NCBI GenBank assembly: GCA_902570905.1
Contig: CACFZX010000001.1
Location: 786 to 64,785, forward strand
Source of the DNA: an uncultured Pelagibacteraceae bacterium
Lineage (GTDB): Bacteria > Pseudomonadota > Alphaproteobacteria > Pelagibacterales > Pelagibacteraceae
Reading direction: 5' to 3'
Length of the DNA: 64,000 bases
The notes below the pieces were generated by a model. The model searched no databases. It had not been told where the DNA came from and saw only the letters and a list, made by a program, of their open reading frames with translations. Positions within the stretch are counted from its first letter, which is position 1, and every line of letters begins with the position of its first letter. Below, piece after piece: positions 1-10,295 of the stretch. The translations under genes and the position numbers were made by a program.

Positions 1-493
1 TAAGATTATTTACACTATCCTTAATCCACAATCCATTCTCATTGACTATAGCTAGGTATTTGTTGTCATTGGTATATTTATTTTTAAAACCAAGGTAAAT
101 ATTCTTCAAACTTGAAGAAGCGGTATAAAAAACAGTACTTATAAAAATACCAAAAAAAATAGCGGAAATCAGTAAAGTTTTGATTATACTTAAATTATTA
201 ATTCCATAGCTTTTAAAAATAATCATCTCTTTTTTATCATATAAATTTACAAATAATAATTGTGTAGCAATTAAAAAGATAAATGGAAAAGTATCAAAAA
301 CTATCGATGGTGAGTTTAAAAAGGTTAATAATAATGGTAATCCAAATTTTACTTCTGTTTCACTCGATTCAAAAAATTTTATCTCTTCTAAGATATTGAG
401 TATAAAAATTAAAACTAAAAATACTCCAGTAACAATTAATATATTATATAAAAAATTTTTTAATATATATCTTTCGTGTAATTTTAAAATCAT
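1..493 (-). CDS. lptG: LPS export ABC transporter permease LptG (5' part; truncated by window edge)
   Basis: Not in the ORF track. Reverse strand from CAT at 491-493 reads MILKLHERYILKNFLYNILIVTGVFLVLIFILNILEEIKFF...NSPSIVFDTFPFIFLIATQLLFVNLYDKKEMIIFKSYGINN, an LptF/G-type N-terminus; ATGA overlap with the lptF stop. Confidence 0.8.
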   Translation of the reverse strand, partial: MILKLHERYILKNFLYNILIVTGVFLVLIFILNILEEIKFFESSETEVKFGLPLLLTFLNSPSIVFDTFPFIFLIATQLLFVNLYDKKEMIIFKSYGINNLSIIKTLLISAIFFGIFISTVFYTASSSLKNIYLGFKNKYTNDNKYLAIVNENGLWIKDSVNNL

Positions 494-1617
494 AATTTAT
501 CGAAGCCTAAATTTATTTTTAATAGTATGTAAAAGATTATTCCTAATATAATAGGTGATAACAAAATGAAAAAATTGTTAATAAAACTCATATTAATAAA
601 TTGTACTGAAATTTCTGAAGCTACTATTATGCTAAATCCAAAGATAAATATTAAAAATTGAAAAAGATTGAAATTATTATTACTTTTTGTTTTTAAAACC
701 AAACCTATCAGAAAAATATATAGAGGAACTCCTAATCTTTTATAAAGTTCTTTTAACACACTGTCTATATTTTGTTCATCACAATTAAATATTTTTTTAA
801 AATTATTTGAATTTTTTAAAATCAAAAAATTAATACATTGTAGAAGTAAATTACTACTTGTTTCTTGTATTTTAGGATATTTTGTAGTTTTTGAAGTGTA
901 TCTTGATAAATTAAACTCTGATCTATTGAATTTAATTATATTTGTCTTTTTTGAATCTAAATTGATTATATTTCCATCATTTAAAATTAAATAATATTTC
1001 TTATTCTTTTTGATTAGCTGTCCTGATTTGGAAAGTATGATTTGAGAAGTATTTGGTCCACGGTCATTATTATAATTTTTATTATCCTTAAGGAAAATAT
1101 GTTTTAAATTTCCGTTTATATCTTTTTCCCCAACAAAAATTGTTACATCCTCAATGGTGTCGTTAAAAAATTTTGATTTTAAAATTGATGGCAAATAATC
1201 GATATCAGAGTTTTTAAATAAACTTCTTGCCTTTTCTTGTGTTGTCGGAACAATCAAATACGTAAATAACAACTGTACCAATATAAATAAAATTGAAAAT
1301 TTTATAAAGTTATTTATAAATTCAATTTTTTTAACTCCATGTATCCATAAAATCGATATTTCATTATTATCTTCATATTTATACAAAATATAAAAAGTAG
1401 AAATAAAAAATAAAAATATGATTAACCTACTGAAAATTTTTGGAAGATTCAAAAGAGAATAAGTTGCATATAATCCAAGTCCATGACCATCCTCAGTTAC
1501 AAAATCTAAAAAATTTACAGATTGTATTACCCATACTATCAATGTTAAAGATAGAGAGGATAATAAGAAAAAATAAGTTATATCTTTAAAAATATTTCTA
1601 AAAATTAATTTTTTCAT
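490..1617 (-). CDS. lptF: LPS export ABC transporter permease LptF
   Basis: YjgP/YjgQ architecture (three N-terminal TMs, NEI..W..G motif, periplasmic domain, C-terminal TMs); divergent from pepA as usual in alphaproteobacteria. Confidence 0.85.
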   Translation of the reverse strand: MKKLIFRNIFKDITYFFLLSSLSLTLIVWVIQSVNFLDFVTEDGHGLGLYATYSLLNLPKIFSRLIIFLFFISTFYILYKYEDNNEISILWIHGVKKIEFINNFIKFSILFILVQLLFTYLIVPTTQEKARSLFKNSDIDYLPSILKSKFFNDTIEDVTIFVGEKDINGNLKHIFLKDNKNYNNDRGPNTSQIILSKSGQLIKKNKKYYLILNDGNIINLDSKKTNIIKFNRSEFNLSRYTSKTTKYPKIQETSSNLLLQCINFLILKNSNNFKKIFNCDEQNIDSVLKELYKRLGVPLYIFLIGLVLKTKSNNNFNLFQFLIFIFGFSIIVASEISVQFINMSFINNFFILLSPIILGIIFYILLKINLGFDKL

Positions 1618-1674
1618 TGAAATGTGATAATTTTAAACATATATAAAGTTCAACCAGAAGTATATTTAATACAT

Positions 1675-3138
1675 ATGTCTATAAAAATAAATTATTTAGA
1701 TAAGTTAAACAATTCTATGAAAAACATTGGAATTTTTGTATCCAAGGATACAAAAATAAGCGATTTTAAAGGTATTTTTAATGAAAACATCTCAAAAAAA
1801 ATTATTGGCTATTTAACAGCTAATAAAAAAGCAGAAAAAAATAAAATTTACTGTCTAAACGAAGACTACGACAAAAAAATATTTATTATTTTTGTGTCAA
1901 AAATAGAAACCTCAAATGATATTAAAAGTTTGGGTGCTAATTTTTATGACCATATAAAAAAGGAACAAATTAAAAATATTTCAATTTTAGGTTCCAATTC
2001 AATAAATTCTAAAAATAAAATTAAATTAGAGGAATTCATTCATGGTATTGAACTGAAATCTTATGAGTTTAACTTATATAAAACGAAAAGAATTCATAAG
2101 GATATAATTTTAAATGTAATAAAATTAAAAAATCAAAATGACATTAAATTGAGAAATAGATTAAAAGCTATTCTTGATGGTGTTAATTTTACCAGAGACT
2201 TGGTGTCTGAGCCTGGAAATGTTTTGCATCCAGATGAATATGCCAAGAGAATTGCTAAACTTAGAAAATTTGGATTAAAAGTTACTGTATATGATCAAAA
2301 TAAATTAAAAAAGATCGGATGCAATGCATTGCTTGGAGTAGGGCAAGGCAGTATAAGAGGTTCTTATTTAGTGACTATAGAATGGAAAGGTTCAAAAAAT
2401 AATTCTAAACCTTTAGCTTTTGTTGGAAAAGGAGTCTGCTTTGATACTGGTGGTTATTCACTTAAACCTGCAAAATTTATGGAAGATATGACTTATGACA
2501 TGGCAGGATCAGCAGCTGTAGTAGGTTTAATGAAAACCCTTGCATTAAGAAATTCAAAAATTAATGCAGTAGGTGTAGTAGGACTTGTAGAAAATATGGT
2601 GAGCGGAAATGCTCAAAGACCTGGAGACATAGTTAAATCTTATAGTGGTAAGACAATAGAAATTTTAAATACAGATGCAGAAGGAAGATTAGTTTTAGCT
2701 GATGCTTTAACTTTTACTGAAGAAAAGTTTAAACCTCAATTTATAATTGACTTAGCAACTTTAACAGGTGCCATTATAGTTTCTCTGGGCTCAGAATATG
2801 GGGGACTATTTTCAAATAATGATAAATTATCTAAACAATTAATTGATGCTGGTGAAAAAGTTGATGAAAAGCTTTGGAGAATGCCTCTTCATAAAAACTT
2901 TGATAAATTAATAAATTCTAAAAATGCTGATATGCAAAATATAAACTATGTAGGAGGTGCGGGATCTACAACAGCCGCTCAATTTTTACAAAGATTTATA
3001 ATTAAAAAAACTCCTTGGGCGCACTTAGATATAGCTGGAATGGCCTTTTCAAAATATGGTGGAGCCTTGAATTCAAGTGGAGCTACAGGTTATGGAGTAA
3101 GATTATTGAATAAATTAATCGAGGAGAACTATGAATAA
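1675..3138 (+). CDS. pepA: Leucyl aminopeptidase (M17)
   Basis: GKGVCFDTGG, DMAG and NTDAEGRL metal-binding motifs; ATG 1675 preferred over GTG 1624. Confidence 0.95.
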   Translation: MSIKINYLDKLNNSMKNIGIFVSKDTKISDFKGIFNENISKKIIGYLTANKKAEKNKIYCLNEDYDKKIFIIFVSKIETSNDIKSLGANFYDHIKKEQIKNISILGSNSINSKNKIKLEEFIHGIELKSYEFNLYKTKRIHKDIILNVIKLKNQNDIKLRNRLKAILDGVNFTRDLVSEPGNVLHPDEYAKRIAKLRKFGLKVTVYDQNKLKKIGCNALLGVGQGSIRGSYLVTIEWKGSKNNSKPLAFVGKGVCFDTGGYSLKPAKFMEDMTYDMAGSAAVVGLMKTLALRNSKINAVGVVGLVENMVSGNAQRPGDIVKSYSGKTIEILNTDAEGRLVLADALTFTEEKFKPQFIIDLATLTGAIIVSLGSEYGGLFSNNDKLSKQLIDAGEKVDEKLWRMPLHKNFDKLINSKNADMQNINYVGGAGSTTAAQFLQRFIIKKTPWAHLDIAGMAFSKYGGALNSSGATGYGVRLLNKLIEENYE

Positions 3139-3541
3139 TTTAGAAAAAACTTTATCAATTATTAAACCAGATGCAGTTGAGAGAAATTTAGATAACGAAA
3201 TTAAACAAATGTTTAAAAATAAAGGTTTTTCAATTGCTAAAGAAAAAAAAATTCAGATAGAAAAATCTGAAGCAGAAAAATTTTATAAAGTTCATGAGAC
3301 AAAACCATTTTATAAAGATCTTTGCTCGTATCTTTCATCTGGACCAATCGTAGTAATGGTACTTGAGAGAGAAAATGCCGTGCTTGCAAATAGAGAATTA
3401 ATGGGCGCAACCAATCCAAAAGAGGCAAAAGAAGGCACTATTAGAAAAAAATATGGAATTTCAATTGATAAAAACTCAGTTCATGGGTCTGATAGTATTG
3501 AAAATGCAAAAATTGAAATAGATTTTTTCTTTAAAGATTAA
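3131..3541 (+). CDS. ndk: Nucleoside diphosphate kinase
   Basis: TLSIIKPDAV, GTIR, NSVHGSDS catalytic His. Confidence 0.97.
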   Translation: MNNLEKTLSIIKPDAVERNLDNEIKQMFKNKGFSIAKEKKIQIEKSEAEKFYKVHETKPFYKDLCSYLSSGPIVVMVLERENAVLANRELMGATNPKEAKEGTIRKKYGISIDKNSVHGSDSIENAKIEIDFFFKD

Positions 3542-4112
3542 ATATTTTTAATATAGCTTTGGGATATAATTTATGCTCCTGGATCAAAATTTTTTTAGAT
3601 AACGATCTAGGGTTATCATTTTTATAAATTTTAACTTTTTTCTGAAGAATAATTTTTCCAGAGTCCAATTTAGAATTTACAAAATGCACTGTACACCCTG
3701 AATAAGTCTCGTTATTTTTAATTACTCTCTCATGTGTATTTAAACCTTTAAATCTAGGAAGTAGGGAAGGGTGAATATTTAATATTTTTCCCTTAAAATT
3801 TTTGATAAAGTTTTTGGATAAGATTTTCATAAAACCTGCAAGACAAATTAAATTTATCTTATTTTTTTTTAGCTCTAAAATAATTTTTCTTTCTGCAATA
3901 GATTTTTTTTCAAAATTAAATATTTTCCTTTTAATTTGAAATCTTTTTCCAAACTGCAATCCTTTAGATTTGGGGTTATCAGAAACTATTAAATTAATCG
4001 ATATTGGTGATTTTTTATGTTTTGAAAATTTTATAAGTGATTTTAAATTACTTCCTGTCCCTGAAATAAAAACAGCTGTTTTTATTTTTTTAGATCCAGT
4101 TGATAGAGCCAT
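3531..4112 (-). CDS. purN: Phosphoribosylglycinamide formyltransferase
   Basis: ISGTGSN, LAGFMKIL, NIHPSLLP, GCTVH, LDSG motifs. Confidence 0.96.
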   Translation of the reverse strand: MALSTGSKKIKTAVFISGTGSNLKSLIKFSKHKKSPISINLIVSDNPKSKGLQFGKRFQIKRKIFNFEKKSIAERKIILELKKNKINLICLAGFMKILSKNFIKNFKGKILNIHPSLLPRFKGLNTHERVIKNNETYSGCTVHFVNSKLDSGKIILQKKVKIYKNDNPRSLSKKILIQEHKLYPKAILKIFNL

Positions 4113-5118
4113 TTAATCTTACTTTATCTTTTCCCTTTGTAATTCTTCCTATAATGTATGGTTTAAATCCTCTTGTAAAATACCTTACAATTTTTTTATA
4201 ATTTCTAGGATTAATTATTAAACAAAAACCAACCCCACAGTTGAAGGTTTGAAGCATTTCTTTATCTGATATACCGTTTTTTTTTAACCATTTAAAAATT
4301 TTAAGAGTTTTAATTTTACTTAAATTTATTTCTGCAATTAAATTATTTGGCACAACTCTTTTAACATTATCTGATATGCCACCACCTGTGATATTTGCAC
4401 ATCCATTAATTAAATTTCTATTAATTAATTTAAGTAATTCTTCTACGTAAATTTTGGTTGGTTTCAACAACTCTCTTTTTAAAAAATTATCTCTTTTAAT
4501 ATTAATTCTTTTTTTTTTAATCAAGTATCTAACAAGAGAATACCCGTTAGAATGAAGTCCATTAGAAGGAATTGCTATAACCAAATCATTTACTTTAATT
4601 TTATTTTTACTTAAAATTTTTTTTCCATCAACAACACCAACCGCAAAACCTGCAATATCAAATTTACCTTTCTCATATGTGCCTGGCATTTCTGCTGTCT
4701 CACCTCCAACTAACCGACATCCTGATTGTTTGCACCCTTTTAATATACCTTTAATGATTGATTTTAATTTAGTTAGATCTATTTTATTGATAGAAATATA
4801 ATCTAAGAATAAAAGAGGTTTTGCACCTTGAACAATCAAATCATTTACACTCATTGCTACAAGATCAATCCCGATTGTGTTATATTTGTTTAGAATATTG
4901 GCAATCTCAATTTTGGTTCCAACACCATCAGTACAAGCTACAATTTTAGGATTACTTATATTATTTGGAATATCTGATATAGACCCAAAACCCCCAATAT
5001 TTTGAAAATTAGAGCCTTTTTTTCTATTTTTTGACTTTGAAGATATATATTTAACGAAAATATCTGCAGCTTTGATATTAACGCCACTTTTTTGATATGT
5101 TAAACTTTTATTATTCAT
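4090..5118 (-). CDS. purM: AIR synthetase (phosphoribosylformylglycinamidine cyclo-ligase)
   Basis: TDGVGTK, GGETAEMPG, HSNGYS, TFNCGVG. Confidence 0.97.
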   Translation of the reverse strand: MNNKSLTYQKSGVNIKAADIFVKYISSKSKNRKKGSNFQNIGGFGSISDIPNNISNPKIVACTDGVGTKIEIANILNKYNTIGIDLVAMSVNDLIVQGAKPLLFLDYISINKIDLTKLKSIIKGILKGCKQSGCRLVGGETAEMPGTYEKGKFDIAGFAVGVVDGKKILSKNKIKVNDLVIAIPSNGLHSNGYSLVRYLIKKKRINIKRDNFLKRELLKPTKIYVEELLKLINRNLINGCANITGGGISDNVKRVVPNNLIAEINLSKIKTLKIFKWLKKNGISDKEMLQTFNCGVGFCLIINPRNYKKIVRYFTRGFKPYIIGRITKGKDKVRLNGSINWI

Positions 5119-5128
5119 TAAAATTTTT

Positions 5129-6202
5129 ATGTTTAAAAATAAGATAAATACATTTTCATTTTATATTTTGTTTCTAATAATCTTGATAATTTTTATTAAG
5201 TTTTCCACAGAAAAAGTTTTAGCAAATTCATATAAAGTAAGTGATATAGAAATTTCAGAACCTTATAATCTTAATTTTAGCAAGGAAAAAGTAATAGATG
5301 TAGCTTTTAAAAATGCATTTGAAGAACTTATTTTTACATTGCTTACATCAGAATATTATTATTTAAATAAAGATGTAAACATAAAAATTATAAAATCTCT
5401 TATAGATTCATTTTCTATTGTTGATGAAAAATTTATAGATAAAAAATATATTGCAAATTTTGATGTTAATTTTAACAAAAGAGAAGTTCTTAATTATTTA
5501 TATAAAAATAATATTTATGCATCTATACCACAAAAAAAAAAATTGTTTTTATTACCAATTCTAGTTGATACCAATCAATCAGATATTTCCTTATTAAGTG
5601 AAAACCCTTTTTATTTAAATTGGACCAAATTCGACAAAAAATATCATTTACTTGATTACGTTCTTCCAAATGAAGATTTAGATGATCTTAATATTATAAA
5701 AAATAATATTGACAATTTAGAGGATTATGAATTTAAAGAGATAATTACAAAGTATCAACTTAAAGATTACATAATTGTAATACTTTTTAAAAATGAAAAA
5801 AGTATCAGAGTTTTAACAAGAATAAAATTTAATAACGAATTTATTTTATTAAATGAAAATTTCCCATATAAAAGCATAAATGATAATATTGAGCTTATAA
5901 TTAATAGCTTAAAAATTAGTTATGAAAATAGTTGGAAAAAAATTAATTTGATTAATACATCTATTAAACTTCCAATAACAATTTCTCTAGATTCTTCTAA
6001 ATTTTCATTAATTAAAAAATTTGAAAATAAAATAGAGAATATGGATTTAGTTTACAATTATTATATTGAAAGTTTTTCTAATAATGAGGTGATTTATAAA
6101 ATAGTTTATAATGGAACACCAAATAAATTTTTGGAAGAATTTAATCCAGAAAATATAAAAGTCGATCTAACCAATAATGTATGGAAAATAAATGATAATT
6201 AG
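5129..6202 (+). CDS. Conserved exported protein, DUF2066-like
   Basis: N-terminal TM/signal; position between purM and hda matches DUF2066 genes in alphaproteobacteria. Confidence 0.55.
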   Translation: MFKNKINTFSFYILFLIILIIFIKFSTEKVLANSYKVSDIEISEPYNLNFSKEKVIDVAFKNAFEELIFTLLTSEYYYLNKDVNIKIIKSLIDSFSIVDEKFIDKKYIANFDVNFNKREVLNYLYKNNIYASIPQKKKLFLLPILVDTNQSDISLLSENPFYLNWTKFDKKYHLLDYVLPNEDLDDLNIIKNNIDNLEDYEFKEIITKYQLKDYIIVILFKNEKSIRVLTRIKFNNEFILLNENFPYKSINDNIELIINSLKISYENSWKKINLINTSIKLPITISLDSSKFSLIKKFENKIENMDLVYNYYIESFSNNEVIYKIVYNGTPNKFLEEFNPENIKVDLTNNVWKINDN

Positions 6203-6866
6203 AAATCAAAATATTTTTAATTTCGATAAAAATCAAAACTTTAATTATGAAGATTATTTTGTAAGTAAAAGTAATTATTTTGCATTTGAGATAATACAAA
6301 AATGGCCAAAGTGGGAAAAAAATATCCTTAATATACATGGCGAAAGTTTTTCAGGAAAAACCCACCTATCAAAAATTTTTTTAGATAAAAATAATGGATT
6401 AATGATTTATGAGAAAGATATTAATGATGAAATATTTAAAAAACTAAAGCTTTATGAAAATATAGTTCTTGATGGACTCAATTACAAAACTAATGAAAAA
6501 CTCCTTTATTCAATATTTAATTTAATAGACAGTGAAAATAAATTCTTAATTATAAACTCAATTAAACCAATAAATGAAATGGATTTTCAACTTAAAGATT
6601 TAGTATCGAGATCTAAAAATTGTTTATACGCCAAGATAGAAAACCCTGATGATGAATTAATGAATGCAATAATTCTAAAAAATTTTTCTGACAGACAAAT
6701 TAAGATTGACAATAAATTAATAGATTATATTGCTAAAAGAATAGATAGATCTTATAGTAAAATTTCCCAATTTATATATAAGATTGATGAATTGAGCTTA
6801 AAAAAAAAAAAACCAATTGATTTTAAAATAATTAAAGAAATATTGAAAAAAGGTGAGCAAATATAG
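6192..6866 (+). CDS. hda: DnaA regulatory inactivator Hda/HdaA
   Basis: N-terminal Q-x-x-F-x-F clamp-binding-like motif, degenerate Walker A GESFSGKTHL, DLVSR, PDDEL, RIDRS. Confidence 0.85.
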   Translation: MIIRNQNIFNFDKNQNFNYEDYFVSKSNYFAFEIIQKWPKWEKNILNIHGESFSGKTHLSKIFLDKNNGLMIYEKDINDEIFKKLKLYENIVLDGLNYKTNEKLLYSIFNLIDSENKFLIINSIKPINEMDFQLKDLVSRSKNCLYAKIENPDDELMNAIILKNFSDRQIKIDNKLIDYIAKRIDRSYSKISQFIYKIDELSLKKKKPIDFKIIKEILKKGEQI

Positions 6867-8634
6867 AACACACACTTGTGGTGAATTAAATATTAAAAAT
6901 AAAAATACAGATATTTCTATCTCAGGATGGTTAAATAAAAAAAGAGATCATGGAAACCTCCTTTTTCTAGATTTAAGAGATAACTATGGAATTACTCAAT
7001 GCGTAATTGATAAAGAAAGTGAAAGTTTTAAAGATTTAGAAAAAATTCCTTTAGAAACAGTTTTAAAAATAAATGGAATAGTACTTCAAAGATCTGATGA
7101 GACTGTAAACAAAGAACTATCAACTGGAGAAATTGAAGTTAAAATTAAAACTCACGAAATTTTAGGTACAACTAAAGAATTACCTCTACCAGTTTTTACT
7201 GATCAAGAATACTCTGAAGAGATTAGACTAAAATATAGATTTTTGGATTTAAGAAGAAAAAAAATTCATAAAAATATTATATTAAGATCCAAAGTAATTT
7301 CTTTCATAAGAAATGAAATGCAAAAAATGGGATTTTTAGAATTTCAAACTCCTATATTAACCTCCTCGAGCCCAGAAGGTGCCAGAGATTTTTTAGTTCC
7401 GAGTAGATTGAACCCAGGCAAGTTTTATGCTTTACCTCAGGCTCCACAACAGTTTAAGCAATTAATTATGGTTTCAGGTTTTGATAAATATTTTCAAATT
7501 GCTCCATGTTTTAGAGATGAGGACGCAAGAGCAGATAGAAGCCCAGGAGAGTTTTATCAACTGGATATAGAAATGTCTTTTGTCGATCAAAGCAATGTTT
7601 TCGATGTAGTTGAAAAGTTAATGGTAAAATTATTTAAAAATTTTTCTTCAAAAAAAATGCTTTATGAAAGATTTCCTAAAATTAAATATAATGATGCTTT
7701 AATGATGTATGGATCTGATAAACCAGATCTAAGAAATCCACTTAAAATTAATGAAATAACAAACATTTTCAGTAGAGATGATGTCAAATTTGATATTTTT
7801 AAAAAACTTGTGAAAAAGGGATCAGTAGTAAGAGGAATTGTAACTAAACAAACAAGTAATCAGCCTAGAAGTTTTTTTGATAATATAGATAAATGGGCTA
7901 AGTCCGAAGGCGCATCTGGATTAGCATATTTTACTATCGAGAAAGATAAAATTATTAGTGGAAAAGGACCTGTGGGCAAATTTTTTTCTGAAGATTCGTT
8001 GAAAGAAATAATGAAGATTACTTCCGCAGAAGTAGGAGATAGTATTTTTTTAGCATGTGGTACAAAAAAGGAGGTTGAAAAAATATTGTCTTTAGCAAGA
8101 GATAAAATAGGTAGTGATTTGAATTTAATTGATGAAAATTCCTTCGCCTTTTGTTGGATTGTTGATTATCCGATGTTTGAAAAAGATGAAGAAACTGGAA
8201 AAATAAAGTTTAGTCACAACCCATTTTCAATGCCCCAAGGAGATATTGATAATATAGATCTTTCAAACCCATTAGAAATTTTAGCTTATCAATATGATAT
8301 AGTTTGCAATGGAATAGAATTATCTTCTGGTGCTATAAGAAACCATATACCTGAATTGATGTATAAACTATTTAAAGTTGCCGGATATGATAAAAAAGAT
8401 GTAGATATAAAATTTAGTGGAATGATTAATGCATTAAGTTATGGAGCTCCACCTCATGGAGGTATAGCACCGGGTATTGATAGGATAATTATGCTTTTAG
8501 CTGATGAAAAAAATATTAGAGAAGTTACTATGTTTCCAATGAATCAAAATGCGCAAGATTTAATGATGAATGCGCCCTCAGAAGTGGAAGAAACTCAAAT
8601 AAAAGAATTAGGTTTAGAAATTAAAAAAAAATAG
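6853..8634 (+). CDS. aspS: Aspartate-tRNA ligase (probably non-discriminating Asp/Asn type)
   Basis: YRTHTCGEL, RDHG, EGARDF, PQAPQQFKQ, CFRDED, GAPPHGG. Confidence 0.97.
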   Translation: MSKYRTHTCGELNIKNKNTDISISGWLNKKRDHGNLLFLDLRDNYGITQCVIDKESESFKDLEKIPLETVLKINGIVLQRSDETVNKELSTGEIEVKIKTHEILGTTKELPLPVFTDQEYSEEIRLKYRFLDLRRKKIHKNIILRSKVISFIRNEMQKMGFLEFQTPILTSSSPEGARDFLVPSRLNPGKFYALPQAPQQFKQLIMVSGFDKYFQIAPCFRDEDARADRSPGEFYQLDIEMSFVDQSNVFDVVEKLMVKLFKNFSSKKMLYERFPKIKYNDALMMYGSDKPDLRNPLKINEITNIFSRDDVKFDIFKKLVKKGSVVRGIVTKQTSNQPRSFFDNIDKWAKSEGASGLAYFTIEKDKIISGKGPVGKFFSEDSLKEIMKITSAEVGDSIFLACGTKKEVEKILSLARDKIGSDLNLIDENSFAFCWIVDYPMFEKDEETGKIKFSHNPFSMPQGDIDNIDLSNPLEILAYQYDIVCNGIELSSGAIRNHIPELMYKLFKVAGYDKKDVDIKFSGMINALSYGAPPHGGIAPGIDRIIMLLADEKNIREVTMFPMNQNAQDLMMNAPSEVEETQIKELGLEIKKK

Positions 8635-9459
8635 CTATTTTTTACCTTTAAGATTTATTCTTATATCGGATAAGTCTACTAATTTTTCTTTATAATTATT
8701 TCTTAAAAAACCTTTGCTTGTAATATCTTTTACTATTTTTAAAAACTGACTTTGATCCTCACTTATTTGATCATTTGAGTCATTAACATTTTTATCTGAA
8801 CTTCCTATAGATGGTGTATGAGCAAGATCTTCTCTATTTTGGTAAGATATTGCTAATTCCCTAAATATATAATCTAAAATAGATGAAGCGCTTAAAATTC
8901 TATCGTTTCCAAATACTTTACCCGAGGGTTCAAATTTTGTTCCAACATAAGCACTAACAAATTCATCTAATGGGACACCATATTGCAAGCCTAATGAAAC
9001 GGCTATAGCAAAATTATTCATTAATGCTTTTACTAATTCACCTTCTTTACTTGTATCAATAAAAATTTCACCTATTTTTCCATCTTCATATTCACCTGTA
9101 TGTAGATAAACTTTATGATTTCCAATTGTGGCCTTTTGAATATAACCTTTTCTTCTATCTGGCATCCCATATCTCGCATTATTATCTTTATTGGGTTTGT
9201 TTAGAAGTTGGCTAGTATTTGTTTTAATTTGAGTTTTATCAGGAATTATGTCAAGTTTTTGAATGTTTTCATCTTTTTGAATTTTGTTTTTTTGATCTAA
9301 ACTCTTAGTTTTTCTTTTATCTAGCTTTACATCTAGAATTTCAAATTTACCATCATCTCTTTTTTCTAAATTTTGAAGCTCCTGACTACTTACTTCCTCT
9401 AAATAATGACTAACTTTAAAGGAACAATTATAATATGTTTCTACTAGATATTTAGCCAT
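8635..9459 (-). CDS. Stand-alone TSCPD-domain protein homologous to the C-terminal region of class II ribonucleotide reductase NrdJ
   Basis: [64 protein letters not shown] matches the alphaproteobacterial NrdJ C-terminal region; occupies the nrdJ position divergent from the NDUFA12 gene. Confidence 0.8.
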   Translation of the reverse strand: MAKYLVETYYNCSFKVSHYLEEVSSQELQNLEKRDDGKFEILDVKLDKRKTKSLDQKNKIQKDENIQKLDIIPDKTQIKTNTSQLLNKPNKDNNARYGMPDRRKGYIQKATIGNHKVYLHTGEYEDGKIGEIFIDTSKEGELVKALMNNFAIAVSLGLQYGVPLDEFVSAYVGTKFEPSGKVFGNDRILSASSILDYIFRELAISYQNREDLAHTPSIGSSDKNVNDSNDQISEDQSQFLKIVKDITSKGFLRNNYKEKLVDLSDIRINLKGKK

Positions 9460-9567
9460 AAAATTTATAAATTTTTTGAGTCTTATTTGATTTAATGTAT
9501 ATACAAAATATTATTTTAGTCTAATTTATTTTTTACAATTAAAAATTGAAAAAAAATTTGAAAATAT

Positions 9568-9927
9568 ATGTTGACAGTATTTAAAGAAATTTTTACTTGG
9601 TGGAATCATCAAACTCTGGGCACAAGAATATATACTATTATATTTGGTAAATTTGTTGGCAAAGATGAATATGGAAATAAATATTATCAGAGCAAAAAAG
9701 GAAGACGCTGGGTTATTTACAATGGTGAAATTGAAGCAACCAAAATACCAAACGATTGGTATTCATGGATACATTTTACTAATAATAAAATTGAAAATAT
9801 ACATAAAATTCAAAAATATGATTGGCAAAAACCCCACCAGTCAAATCAAACAGGATCTAAAGACGCATATCGACCAGATAAAAAAAACAATGAAATTAAA
9901 AAAAAATATAAGTCGTGGAAAGAATAA
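9568..9927 (+). CDS. NADH:ubiquinone oxidoreductase subunit NDUFA12 (17.2 kDa) family
   Basis: FTWW..TLGT, VGKDEYGNKYY, RRWVIY, IPNDWYSWIH, N.TG..AY.P. Confidence 0.92.
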   Translation: MLTVFKEIFTWWNHQTLGTRIYTIIFGKFVGKDEYGNKYYQSKKGRRWVIYNGEIEATKIPNDWYSWIHFTNNKIENIHKIQKYDWQKPHQSNQTGSKDAYRPDKKNNEIKKKYKSWKE

Positions 9928-10295
9928 TTAAAATTTACATATATATATTTTTTTTAAACATTATATTTATCAACTCTATAAATGCTTCAAATATAAATGA
10001 AATTCAATTTGTTGAAATAAAAGTGTTGGACAAAGTGAGTTCAGTAAATAGTAGATTGACTCTTAAAATCGGAAATGAGGTAAAATTTGAAAATTTATTA
10101 ATTAAAACTTTAAAATGTAAAAATTCTGAGTTTGATGACAACCCAGAAATTACAGCATACATTCAAGTAAGAGATCTAAATATGTCCAAAAACGATCAGG
10201 TATTTGTATTTAATGGATGGTTTTTTTCCTCAAGCCCCTCCGTCAATCCCTTTGATCATCCTGTTTATGATATATGGTTGTCAAAATGTTATTAA
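9915..10295 (+). CDS. DUF2155 family exported protein
   Basis: LDKV, FNGWFFSSSPSVNPFDHPVYDIWL..C signature. Confidence 0.88.
   Translation: MERIIKIYIYIFFLNIIFINSINASNINEIQFVEIKVLDKVSSVNSRLTLKIGNEVKFENLLIKTLKCKNSEFDDNPEITAYIQVRDLNMSKNDQVFVFNGWFFSSSPSVNPFDHPVYDIWLSKCY

Noticed and set aside
9460-9567. Possible NrdR box or cobalamin riboswitch upstream of the NrdJ remnant
   Set aside because: Only an AT-only palindrome (AAAATATTATTTT); no NrdR consensus and no riboswitch-like structure
9644-9931. 95-aa alternative-frame ORF within the NDUFA12 gene
   Set aside because: Overlaps a conserved gene on the same strand; no recognisable features
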